Positions 8,973 through 18,213 of a DNA stretch of 64,000 nt are shown piece after piece; within the stretch, counting starts at the first letter, position 1, and the number at the start of each line of letters is the position of its first letter. This stretch comes from an uncultured bacterium. Lineage in GTDB: Bacteria > Acidobacteriota > Aminicenantia > Aminicenantales > CALLJL01. The stretch covers positions 64,019-128,018 of the forward strand of contig CALLJL010000008.1 in assembly GCA_938092135.1 (NCBI GenBank), given 5' to 3'. A program made the translations under genes and the position numbers. Under the pieces are notes generated by a model that made no database searches, was not told the DNA's origin, and worked only from the letters and a program-made list of their open reading frames with translations.

Positions 8973-11255
8973 ATGAAAAAGAAAAGAATTGGCTTATTTT
9001 TAAGCATCATTTTAATATCAGCTTCCCTTGTTATGGCCATAGAAGCTCAGGTTGCTATCCAACGAGTAACAATTGAGCCTGGTTTGCTCCAAACCAGGGT
9101 GATTATTCTGGGATCGGTAACTTTGCCTCCTCCAACTGTTACCTATTCCAAAGAAAATCCTCGGATTTTAATTCTCACTTTAAATGGGGTTAACACCGAA
9201 AATCTTCCTTCTGTTACTTCCATAGATGATCAGTTGGTTACCTCAGCGGAGCTAAGGCGAGACGGAGAAAGAAAAGTCAGCTTATTTCTTCAGCTTAAGG
9301 AACCAGTTCCTTTTAGTCTCATCCACTCGGGCAAGGAAGTGGACCTTAAATTAACTCGAATTTTACGGGGCGAAGCTTTACAACTTCCTGAGCAGAATTT
9401 GCTTTTTCAGGGGACTTCAATCAAAGAAATCTCGCTCGAAAGAGCTTTCTGGGATAAGTCTTCGCCTACTCCCAAACTTCGGCTTCAGGTGCCTGGTGAA
9501 GTTCCGACCAGGGTTTTCGCTCTAGATCGCCCGCTGCGTCTTGTAGTTGATCTTTTGGGAACTCACTACTCTTCCTTTACAACTTTGCCTCTTAATAAGG
9601 ACGGAATTGAAAAGGTTAGAATAGCCCAATTTAAAGAAGGCAATCCCCTTTCGATAACCCGCATTGTCTTTGATCTTAAAGAAGTTAAGCCTTTTAATAT
9701 TATCCCAAATAACAATGAATTAATTATCGCTTTTCCCTCTTATGAAGCGGCTTTTGCGACCGATATTTTCTCACCCGAAATTAACCAGCCGAAACCAGAA
9801 TATAGGGAATCCCCTTCTCCCAAGGAAATGAATGCAACTTCAACTGCCTCCATACCTGAGACCAAGGTTAAAAATGAAGAAACAAATCAAGGAGAAGTAG
9901 TCAGCGAGAAAGCCGGACCTCAGGAAAAACGAAAAGAGAGCGAGCAAGCTCAGGTGCCTAAGAAATTTGAGCCTAAAGTAATTGCAGCCGTTGAAGAAAA
10001 ATATACGGGTGAGCTCATTACTCTCAGATTTAAAGATGCCGATCTCAGGGATGTCATCCTTTATTTGGGCGAATTTGCTGGATTGAATGTCATTTTTGAT
10101 CCAGAAGTTCGAGGGCAAGTTACCTGTGACTTGAGGGACCTCCCTTGGGATCAGGCCCTCGATTTAATTCTTCGCAATAATAAACTTGGTAAAGTTATTG
10201 AAGGCAATGTGTTGAGAGTGGCTCCTATAAGTACCCTAACCCGCGAAGATGAGGAACAGAGAAAACTCAAGGAAAGCAAGGAGCTTGCCGGTCCTCTCGT
10301 GGTTAAAACTATTACTCTCTCTTATTCCAAAGCCAGGGACGTCCAATCTTTACTGATGACCAAGAAATCACCTCGGGGGGAAATAATAATTGATGATAGA
10401 ACCAATACTTTGATTATTTCTGATGTGAAAGAAAATCTCGATCTCCTCGAAAAGTTAATTGCTGTTCTCGACACTCCCACCCCCCAGGTCTCTATTGAAG
10501 CTCGAATTGTTGAAGCTACATCAACTTTTATTCGAAATCTCGGTATTCAGTGGGGTTATCGGGCAATTGCCGATCCCTTCTTTGGCAATGCCACCTCCCT
10601 TGAGTTTCCCCATAAAATTCTCGCCGATGGCTCAATTATTCCCCAAGGCATAGTAACCAAAGGCATAGGCGGACCCCTAGGAGGCTATGCTATTAATCTG
10701 CCAGCGCCGGCCTTCACCACTGCTTTAGGCTTCTCTCTGGCCAATGTTCTTGATACTTTCCGTCTTGACCTGGCTCTTTCTGCCCTTGAAACTTCAGGGG
10801 AAGGCCGAATCATTTCTTGTCCTAAAATCACTACTCAGAACAACCAGGCTGCTGAAATAATTCAAGGTCGTCAGATTCCAGTTCAAACCGTAGCCAATTT
10901 CACAGTTACAACAAGATATGTTAATGCTGCCCTCGAATTAAGAGCCACACCTCAAATTACGGCTGAGGGAACAATCATCATGACGATCGAAATTCAAAAT
11001 AATGCAGCCGACTTTGCCAATCTCGTCAATGGCATCCCACCAATTACTACTCAAAGTGCCCGAACCACAGTCATGGTGCCCGACGGCGGAACCACGGTTA
11101 TCGGAGGCATATATAGAAGCGAGGATTCTATAACTAGAGAAAGAGTCCCCTTCCTTCATCAGATTCCCATTTTGGGGAAACTCTTTCGCTCCTTTGCCCG
11201 GACAAAACAAAATCGGGAGTTACTTATATTTATAACTCCCAGAATAATTAAATAA
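8973..11255 (+). CDS. pilQ: Type IV pilus secretin PilQ with N-terminal AMIN-like domains
   Basis: Signal peptide, P.RLVVDL / RIAQF (AMIN), YTGELITLRFKDAD, PWDQALD, D.RTNTLI, QVSIEARIVE, DGGTTVIGG, ELLIFITPRII. Confidence 0.96.
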   Translation: MKKKRIGLFLSIILISASLVMAIEAQVAIQRVTIEPGLLQTRVIILGSVTLPPPTVTYSKENPRILILTLNGVNTENLPSVTSIDDQLVTSAELRRDGERKVSLFLQLKEPVPFSLIHSGKEVDLKLTRILRGEALQLPEQNLLFQGTSIKEISLERAFWDKSSPTPKLRLQVPGEVPTRVFALDRPLRLVVDLLGTHYSSFTTLPLNKDGIEKVRIAQFKEGNPLSITRIVFDLKEVKPFNIIPNNNELIIAFPSYEAAFATDIFSPEINQPKPEYRESPSPKEMNATSTASIPETKVKNEETNQGEVVSEKAGPQEKRKESEQAQVPKKFEPKVIAAVEEKYTGELITLRFKDADLRDVILYLGEFAGLNVIFDPEVRGQVTCDLRDLPWDQALDLILRNNKLGKVIEGNVLRVAPISTLTREDEEQRKLKESKELAGPLVVKTITLSYSKARDVQSLLMTKKSPRGEIIIDDRTNTLIISDVKENLDLLEKLIAVLDTPTPQVSIEARIVEATSTFIRNLGIQWGYRAIADPFFGNATSLEFPHKILADGSIIPQGIVTKGIGGPLGGYAINLPAPAFTTALGFSLANVLDTFRLDLALSALETSGEGRIISCPKITTQNNQAAEIIQGRQIPVQTVANFTVTTRYVNAALELRATPQITAEGTIIMTIEIQNNAADFANLVNGIPPITTQSARTTVMVPDGGTTVIGGIYRSEDSITRERVPFLHQIPILGKLFRSFARTKQNRELLIFITPRIIK

Positions 11256-11266
11256 GGGGTAGGAAA

Positions 11267-11869
11267 ATGAGAAGAATAAAATTAGGCTGGAAAGCGGTTA
11301 TAACTTTATTGGCCTTAGTTTCCCTTTTTGCTTGTAATCCAATTGAAGACGAAACCAAATCTGACAGCTTGCTCATAGTTGAAAGAATAACTGGAGTAGA
11401 TGCTGAAGGCAATGAAGCCGATTTTCTCCAGTCTGATGTCATCAAAGTTAATACTGAAACCGGCGAAACCTATGTTACTGCCGATGTGGCTAAGGCCACT
11501 TTGAGAGCAGTCCTTCTGGATCCTGCCCCACTCATGGGAGCTTCGACTTATAACGATATTTTGGTCAATCGCTATGTTGTAACTTATACCCGAACTGATA
11601 ATAAAAATACGCCGGGGGTCGATGTTCCCTATCCGATTGAGGGTACGTTGAATGTCTTGGTAAAGATTGATCAATCAGTTCAGGTGAGTTTCATCGTCGT
11701 CAGGGAAACTGCTAAACTTGAGCCGCCCTTACGCAATCTGGCAGTAGGCCGAGCCGAAGGGGTACTAACAGTTAACGCTAAGATTGATTTCTATGGTGAA
11801 GACATGACCAGGCGAAAAGTTAAGGCAACTGGTTATTTAACCATAGAGTTTGCCAACTATCTCGATTAA
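11267..11869 (+). CDS. Hypothetical lipoprotein, beta-rich
   Basis: Lipobox LFAC after a hydrophobic stretch; 11 bp after pilQ. Confidence 0.75.
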   Translation: MRRIKLGWKAVITLLALVSLFACNPIEDETKSDSLLIVERITGVDAEGNEADFLQSDVIKVNTETGETYVTADVAKATLRAVLLDPAPLMGASTYNDILVNRYVVTYTRTDNKNTPGVDVPYPIEGTLNVLVKIDQSVQVSFIVVRETAKLEPPLRNLAVGRAEGVLTVNAKIDFYGEDMTRRKVKATGYLTIEFANYLD

Positions 11870-11884
11870 AAGGAGGGGAAACCC

Positions 11885-12688
11885 ATGAAAAAAATAATTC
11901 TTTTTCTTTTGGCTATAGCTGTTGTTTTAATACTTTCCCCCGCATGTAAAAGAAGTGACATTTCCCCTCCGGAACCCTTCGCCCCCTCTTCTCTGACAAC
12001 ACTTCTTAAACTGACAGCCAGCCCCAATGCTCTTTTTGCCACCAAAAATACGCGAGGGATGACGACAGTTACAGCTCGGTTAACCAAATATAATGGTAAT
12101 CCCCTACCAAACCGAACCATATATTTTGAAATTATGGATAGTAGTTTTCAAAAAATCAATCTCGGCTATTTTGAAGGTAATCAATCAATCGCTGTTAAGA
12201 CCACCGACTCCAATGGGATCACTCGGGTAAATTATTATGGTCCCTTAAGTATCGAACTAAGCGAGAATATAACGATATATATAAAAGCTACAGTAGCCTG
12301 GGAGGGAGTAGAAACCATTTTCGAGGTAGCGCCCATTATAATCATAACTGAACCGAGCGACCTTTCTTTCTTAGTCAAGGCTGATCCAGATGTTCTTCTG
12401 GCAACGAATGAAAAGCCCAGGTCACTTCTTTCAGCAACAGTCAAATTGGGAGGAAAACCTCTGGCAGGCGTAAGGGTATATTTCCTAATCCAAGCTGGTT
12501 CTCCCGGAACCTTTGAGGACGGATACAAGGCAACTTATCGAGATACCGATGTAACCGGAACTGCCAGCATTAATTATATCGGTCCTACAAGAGATGAGAT
12601 TGCTGGCGATACATCAGTCATATTGCGAGCCCAGCTGACTGAAAGTATCTATGAAGAAGTTTACCTTCGGGTAATAAGACAGAGATAG
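11885..12688 (+). CDS. Lipoprotein with two bacterial Ig-like (Big_1/invasin-type) repeats
   Basis: GGAGG RBS, lipobox-like SPAC. Internal repeat: L.ASPNAL..VTARL...GNPL...I.F...TDSNG....Y.GP versus VKADPDVL..LSATV..GGKPL..V.F...TDVTG....Y.GP. Confidence 0.75.
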   Translation: MKKIILFLLAIAVVLILSPACKRSDISPPEPFAPSSLTTLLKLTASPNALFATKNTRGMTTVTARLTKYNGNPLPNRTIYFEIMDSSFQKINLGYFEGNQSIAVKTTDSNGITRVNYYGPLSIELSENITIYIKATVAWEGVETIFEVAPIIIITEPSDLSFLVKADPDVLLATNEKPRSLLSATVKLGGKPLAGVRVYFLIQAGSPGTFEDGYKATYRDTDVTGTASINYIGPTRDEIAGDTSVILRAQLTESIYEEVYLRVIRQR

Positions 12689-12706
12689 AAATTCTAAATT
12701 TTAGAT

Positions 12707-14854
12707 TTAATCAATTAACTCGATAAAGGAGAAATTTCTGGTCCCTCTTAAGAAGGAAAGAGAGGATAATAACTTTTCTTTTTCTTTTGCCTTAAGCCAT
12801 AGCTGAACCTGATATTTCCCCTTAATTGAGGGCAAAATTGATGGACCAAAAATCTCTTCTATTCCGAAAGAAGCGGCCATTTTCATCCTTATTTCCCTGG
12901 CCAAACGCCCTAATTCCCTTAGATTTCGTCCAGTCAAAACGATTCTCGCTAAGCATTTCCAGGGTGGTAAGCCCAAGAAGCGCCGGAACCGCATTTCAGC
13001 CTTAACCAGTTCAAAATAATTATTTTCGGCCAGAGCCTTGATGACATAATTTTCAGGGATGGCTGTTTGAAGAAGAAGTTCTCCCTGTCCGTCCTGGTCC
13101 ATCTCCTCTTGGAGTCGGCGAATTAAATAAAATAATTTTTCCCCCGATCGAAAATCAGGATAAGCTAACATTATTTCCGGAAAAAGAAAAGCGGTCAAAG
13201 AGATTTGCCGCCAGTTTATATTAGGAATGAGGAATTGGGTACCAATGATTATTTCCAGTTTGCCTCGATCAAATTCTTTTTTGAATTTTAAAAGCTTTTC
13301 TTTTCCCCGCAAAATCTCAGCTTGGATGGCCCTTATTCCAGCTTCAGGCCAAAGTCGTTTTGCCTCCTCTTCAACAGCCTCAAGCCCATATCCTTTGGTT
13401 CCTAATGATGGACTTTGACATTCAGGGCAACGATGCCATTGAGTCTCGCTGAAGCCACATTGAGGGCAGATAAGCTTTTCTCTTTGGGCATAAAGGGTCA
13501 GAGGCCGTCGACACTTAGGACAGAGAGCTAGATGCCCACAGCGAAGGCAGATTAGCAATGAGGCATAACCACGCCGATTGACTAAAAGAGCTACCTTTTG
13601 CCCCATGGAAAGACGTTCGCTGATCATTTTCTGTAAATCTGGACTTAAAATTTTATTTTCAACAGAGGAATAAGAAATAATTTTGATTTTTCTCTCTGGT
13701 TGGCCTAAATTAAGCAAAAAACCCTGGTTTTGGGCTTTAGCAAAAAAGCTCACTGAAGGAGCTGATGAACCATAGAGAATAATTGCCTTTTCCTTTTGAG
13801 ACCTTAAGCAAGCGGCTTCGCGGGCATCATAAAAAGGGCTTGGATGAACATAAGCCTCATCAATCTCTTCGCTTAAGTAAATTAGCCTAATTTCGGGTAA
13901 AGGGGCAAAAACGGCCGACCGGGAACCGATAACTAAGCTAGCTTCGCCTCGCCGAATTTTTAACCAAGTATTTTCTCTTTTCTGAACGCTCAGCTCACCA
14001 TGAAGAAGGGCGATCCTCTTTGGATCAATCAGGCCGGTTATTTTTTCAAGAAAAAAGGAAATTTCAGTTATTTCGGGCACAAGAATGAGGATAGGGGGAG
14101 GGCAGGAGCCCAATTTCCTTAAGAGTGACAGCAAAAAATTCTCTCGCCTTGCCTTTGGGCCAAAGAGGAGAAATTTTTTGAACTCTCTTTTTTCTAAGGA
14201 TTTCTCAATCTCTAATAAGTAAGGTTCAAATTCCTTCTCGTAATGGAAATCCAATTTAAGCTGAGCGACTTCTTTTTGAGCGGACAAAGCTTTTCTCTGG
14301 CCTAACTTTATTTTGCTTTCCCTTTTCACCCAGCCCAGTGACTCCAAGCGTCGAAGCAGAAATGGCAAACCTGAATAATCTACCTTCCTTTGAAGATAGC
14401 GCCAGTTTAGGGCTTTCTTAGAAGAGAGGTGATTTAAAATGGCTTCAACTTGACTGTATCTTTTTTTAAAATGCTTTTTTATTTCATCCCTTTCTGGCCT
14501 TTTAACTAAAAGATATTTCCCTTTTTCCTCAATAAAAAAAGAGGGTGGCAAAGCTGCCTTGAGTAATTCTCCGGGCGCCACAAAGCTAATTCGGCTCAAA
14601 TCTTGAAAGAAATCCATGAAAAAGGAATTAACAAGGGGCTTTTCATCCAGCACTGAAAGAATAGGCTTAACTTGAATCCCCTTTTCGAGAGGTCCTTCTC
14701 TAATTTGGCAAACAATACCTGTCAGAATTCTGGTTCGAAAAGGAACCAAGACTCTGACTCCAACTTGAATGGCTGAGACCAATTCCGGCGGAACAGAATA
14801 GATAAATGTCTTTTCCAGGGGAAGAGGTAAGATTACCTCAACATAGGGCATCAT
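12707..14854 (-). CDS. priA: Primosomal protein N' (PriA) with degenerate helicase motifs
   Basis: 3'-binding domain (F.Y.VP, GVRVLVPF), VIGSRSAVFAP, NRRGYA, 8-Cys zinc region, IGTQ, PDFRS.E, LQT, LPP. Confidence 0.9.
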   Translation of the reverse strand: MMPYVEVILPLPLEKTFIYSVPPELVSAIQVGVRVLVPFRTRILTGIVCQIREGPLEKGIQVKPILSVLDEKPLVNSFFMDFFQDLSRISFVAPGELLKAALPPSFFIEEKGKYLLVKRPERDEIKKHFKKRYSQVEAILNHLSSKKALNWRYLQRKVDYSGLPFLLRRLESLGWVKRESKIKLGQRKALSAQKEVAQLKLDFHYEKEFEPYLLEIEKSLEKREFKKFLLFGPKARRENFLLSLLRKLGSCPPPILILVPEITEISFFLEKITGLIDPKRIALLHGELSVQKRENTWLKIRRGEASLVIGSRSAVFAPLPEIRLIYLSEEIDEAYVHPSPFYDAREAACLRSQKEKAIILYGSSAPSVSFFAKAQNQGFLLNLGQPERKIKIISYSSVENKILSPDLQKMISERLSMGQKVALLVNRRGYASLLICLRCGHLALCPKCRRPLTLYAQREKLICPQCGFSETQWHRCPECQSPSLGTKGYGLEAVEEEAKRLWPEAGIRAIQAEILRGKEKLLKFKKEFDRGKLEIIIGTQFLIPNINWRQISLTAFLFPEIMLAYPDFRSGEKLFYLIRRLQEEMDQDGQGELLLQTAIPENYVIKALAENNYFELVKAEMRFRRFLGLPPWKCLARIVLTGRNLRELGRLAREIRMKMAASFGIEEIFGPSILPSIKGKYQVQLWLKAKEKEKLLSSLSFLRGTRNFSFIELID

Positions 14855-15540
14855 CTTCGACCAAGCAGAGCCATTACCTTTTTCATGTCCTGCCAGACTC
14901 TTTGCTTGACTTCTTTCCGGCCTTCATTTCTTAAAACATAAGCGGGATGGTAAGTGGGCATAACGGGAATTCCCTTATAATCAAAAAAAGTGCCTCTTAT
15001 CTCGCCCAGGCCCAAATTGCCTGGCCCAAAGAAATCAGCGGCCACCTTGCCTAAGGCCACAATTACTTTGGGCTTGATGAGATTAATCTGAGCTTCAAGA
15101 TAGGGTGAACATTTAATTATTTCTTCCTGTTTTGGGGTTCTATTTTCAGGCGGACGGCATTTGACCACATTGGTTATAAAAACCTCTTCTCGTTTGAAGG
15201 TCATAGCTTCAATGATTTTTGTCAGCAGCTGACCAGCCCGGCCAACAAAGGGCCTTCCCTGTTTATCTTCCTCTTCTCCTGGAGCTTCTCCCACAAACAT
15301 CAATTCAGCCTGCCAATTTCCTTCGCCCGGAACAGCCTTTGATCTTGTCCGAAATAGGGGACAACGTTCACAGCTAAGAATTGCCTTTTCAATTTGGGGC
15401 ATTAACCAAGAACGAGGTCCTCGTTCACAATAACTATCGAGAAAATCGATACCAATTTCGTTCAAAAACCTTAGATATTCCTTTAATTGATCGAACGTAT
15501 TTTCAGGTGGCTTTTTCAAGGTAAGCCTCAAGAACATCAA
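14851..15540 (-). CDS. Uracil-DNA glycosylase family 4
   Basis: [33 protein letters not shown]. Exact start uncertain. Confidence 0.93.
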   Translation of the reverse strand: MMFLRLTLKKPPENTFDQLKEYLRFLNEIGIDFLDSYCERGPRSWLMPQIEKAILSCERCPLFRTRSKAVPGEGNWQAELMFVGEAPGEEEDKQGRPFVGRAGQLLTKIIEAMTFKREEVFITNVVKCRPPENRTPKQEEIIKCSPYLEAQINLIKPKVIVALGKVAADFFGPGNLGLGEIRGTFFDYKGIPVMPTYHPAYVLRNEGRKEVKQRVWQDMKKVMALLGRR

Positions 15541-16708
15541 AGATTAATTGACTGATTTCTCTTTTACTCTTTACTCCAGAACGAATGACCTGACCTTGGC
15601 GATCAAGGATAAGAACATCATTTAAATCAGCTTCAAAGCCAATCCCGGGAATTGAGACATCATTGGCCACAATTAGGTCAAGACCCTTCTTCTCCATTTT
15701 TTCCCTGGCCGCATCTTCAAGCTCTTGAGTTTCGGCGGCAAAGCCCACAAGGATTTTCTTTTTTCTCAAGGGATGGGTAGCCAGAAAATCCAGAATGTCC
15801 TCAGTGGCCACAAGTTTAATCTCCGGTATTCCTTGATTTTTCTTCCATTTTGAAGTCATTGCCTCAGCCGGGCGGAAGTCAGCCACAGCGGCCGCCATGA
15901 TAACCACATCTGCCTCATCAAAATACTTTTCCACTTCCTTTTTCATTTCGGCCGCTGTTTCAATCCTGATTACTTTAACTCCATAAGGAGAAGGTAGATT
16001 AACCGGTCCGGAAATAAGAATGACCTCGGCCCCCCTTCGGCTGGCTTCACGAGCCAGTTCATAACCCATTTTCCCCGACGAACGATTGCTTATGAAACGG
16101 ACTGGATCAATAGGTTCTCTTGTTGGACCAGCGGTAATAATAATTTTTTTATTTCTCCACTTGAAGCTTGAAGTAAGAAGGCTTTCAGCCAGGGCGATAA
16201 TTTTTTCGACTTCAGCCAGCCGGCCCCAGCCCTCATCCCCACAGGCTAAAAGCCCTCTTTCCGGTTCACAGATGATAACCCCCTGCCGCCTCAATTCTTG
16301 AAGGTTGGCCTGAGTTCGGGGATGGAGATACATAGCCTCGTTCATCGCCGGAGCAACAATTACTGGACAATTCACCGCCAGATAAAAGGTCGAAAGAAAA
16401 TCATCGGCAATTCCTGAAGCCATTTTAGCAATAAAATTGGCGGTAGCCGGGGCAATAAGGAGCAATTCAGTTTTTCGAGCAAGCTCGATATGCTCGATTT
16501 TTTCAGTCTCCTTTGTTTCAAATAAATTAATTAAAACGGGATTTCCAGTCAGGGCCTGAAAAAGAAGTGGGGAAATAAATTGACTGGCCTTTTGAGTCAT
16601 AATGACTTGGACTGAATGATTTTTCTTTTGAAGCTGGCGGATGATCTCACAGGCTTTGTAGATGGCAATTGATGAGGAAACCCCAAGAACTATCCTGGCC
16701 ATCTTCAC
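15503..16708 (-). CDS. coaBC: Bifunctional phosphopantothenoylcysteine decarboxylase/synthetase
   Basis: APATAN, PAMN, LACG..G.GRL, TAGPTREPIDPVRFISNRSSGKMG, AAAVADF, GFAAET. Confidence 0.97.
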   Translation of the reverse strand: MKMARIVLGVSSSIAIYKACEIIRQLQKKNHSVQVIMTQKASQFISPLLFQALTGNPVLINLFETKETEKIEHIELARKTELLLIAPATANFIAKMASGIADDFLSTFYLAVNCPVIVAPAMNEAMYLHPRTQANLQELRRQGVIICEPERGLLACGDEGWGRLAEVEKIIALAESLLTSSFKWRNKKIIITAGPTREPIDPVRFISNRSSGKMGYELAREASRRGAEVILISGPVNLPSPYGVKVIRIETAAEMKKEVEKYFDEADVVIMAAAVADFRPAEAMTSKWKKNQGIPEIKLVATEDILDFLATHPLRKKKILVGFAAETQELEDAAREKMEKKGLDLIVANDVSIPGIGFEADLNDVLILDRQGQVIRSGVKSKREISQLIFDVLEAYLEKAT

Positions 16709-17319
16709 CTCCCCTGAGATTTCGCCTTAAAAGAAGCTAACACTGCCAGAATCTTTTTTCTCATCCTCAATTGCCGTCTATTTTCAGCCTTTACAATGGC
16801 TTCGATCTCCTCAAGGGCTTGATCAACCTTTTCATTTATGATTACATAATCGAAAAGATGATAATTCTTAATTTCTTGTTTGGCTCTTTGGAGTCGCCTC
16901 TGCCTTTCCTCAGCGGCTAGATCTCCTCTTGCCAAGAGCCGCTTCTCCAGGGATTCTCGATTAGGGGGTAAAATGAATATAAAGACAGCTTCCTTTAAAG
17001 CCAATTCTTTAACTTGTCGCGCCCCTTGAACATCAATATCAAGAACAAGATCCACCGATTGGCTCTTCTTAAATTCCTTTTTAGATGTTCCATAGTAGTA
17101 ACCGTGGACAATAGCCCATTCAACAAAAGCCTTTTTCTTTATAAGTCGCGAAAATTCAGCTTCGCTGACAAAATGATAATCAAGGCCATCAACTTCCCCG
17201 GGACGAGGGGGTCTGGTGGTGTGGGAAACGGAAAATTTCATTTCCGGATGTCTTTCGAGGAAGGCTCGAATTAAGGTTGTTTTGCCAGCGCCAGAGGGAC
17301 CGGTAATTACCAAAAGCAT
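16705..17319 (-). CDS. gmk: Guanylate kinase
   Basis: GPSGAGKT, SHTTR.PR.GE..G.DY.F, YYGT, DIDVQG. Confidence 0.97.
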   Translation of the reverse strand: MLLVITGPSGAGKTTLIRAFLERHPEMKFSVSHTTRPPRPGEVDGLDYHFVSEAEFSRLIKKKAFVEWAIVHGYYYGTSKKEFKKSQSVDLVLDIDVQGARQVKELALKEAVFIFILPPNRESLEKRLLARGDLAAEERQRRLQRAKQEIKNYHLFDYVIINEKVDQALEEIEAIVKAENRRQLRMRKKILAVLASFKAKSQGR

Positions 17320-17334
17320 AAATTCTGACCTATT

Positions 17335-18213
17335 TTATTCTATATTTTGACTTTGCTGGCGAATGGCCTCAATTTCTGATTTCATTTTTATACTTTCTTT
17401 AATTATTTCTAAGGACAGGCTCTTTGAGGCCAGGGTTGATACCTCCCTTAGAAGCTCTTGGGCTAAAAAATCAATCTGTCTTCCCTTTGACTCCTGGCTC
17501 TCACTCGCCAGGATTTCCCTCAGAGAAGATAGATGAGCTTCAATTCTGGCTATTTCTTCCCTAATATCACCTTTAATTAAAAGATAAGCCACCTCTTCTT
17601 CAAGCCTTTTTTCGTTAATTTGGTCAGCGCCAACAATTCCCTTTAATTTAACCCTGAGCTTTTCCCGCCAATTAGTCTTTTCCTGGCTTGTATATTTCTT
17701 GATTATTTTTACACTTTTTTCAAGGTGACCAAGATAAGTTCGAATAGTTGCGGCTAACTTTCTTCCTTCCCTTTCTCGCTGCTCTATTGCCTTTTCAAGG
17801 GTTCTTAGGAAAATTGATTTCAGAAATTCTTTGGTTTGAGAATCAAGTTCTTTTCTTTTAATCGTTACAAGGTGGGGAATCTTAAAAAAAGTATCGCCGC
17901 TAAAAACCAGTTTCTGGCCGAGACTCTTTTCGAGTTTCCGGCTTATCTCACCTATCTTCTGAACTAACCCACTCTCTATTTTTACTTCCCAGCCAGAAGC
18001 CTCGGTGGCCATTAATTCAAAAGAAACCTCAACTCTTCCTCGATAAATATAACTTTGGGCAAGCGAACGCAGCTCAATTTCGAGCTCACCCCAATCTGGC
18101 CCATGAAAAAACCAGTCAAAATAACGATGATTGAGAGTCTTCAGGCTTAATTTTCCTTTTAGTTTGTTTGTTCTTATCGTCGCCGAAGCAAAACTGGTCA
18201 TGCTCCGAATCAA
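17335..18213 (-). CDS. yicC: YicC/YloC family endoribonuclease
   Basis: MIRSMT, NHRY, RGRV, DIREE..R, GR..DFL.QE..RE, IRQQSQNIE; upstream of gmk. Confidence 0.9.
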   Translation of the reverse strand: MIRSMTSFASATIRTNKLKGKLSLKTLNHRYFDWFFHGPDWGELEIELRSLAQSYIYRGRVEVSFELMATEASGWEVKIESGLVQKIGEISRKLEKSLGQKLVFSGDTFFKIPHLVTIKRKELDSQTKEFLKSIFLRTLEKAIEQREREGRKLAATIRTYLGHLEKSVKIIKKYTSQEKTNWREKLRVKLKGIVGADQINEKRLEEEVAYLLIKGDIREEIARIEAHLSSLREILASESQESKGRQIDFLAQELLREVSTLASKSLSLEIIKESIKMKSEIEAIRQQSQNIE

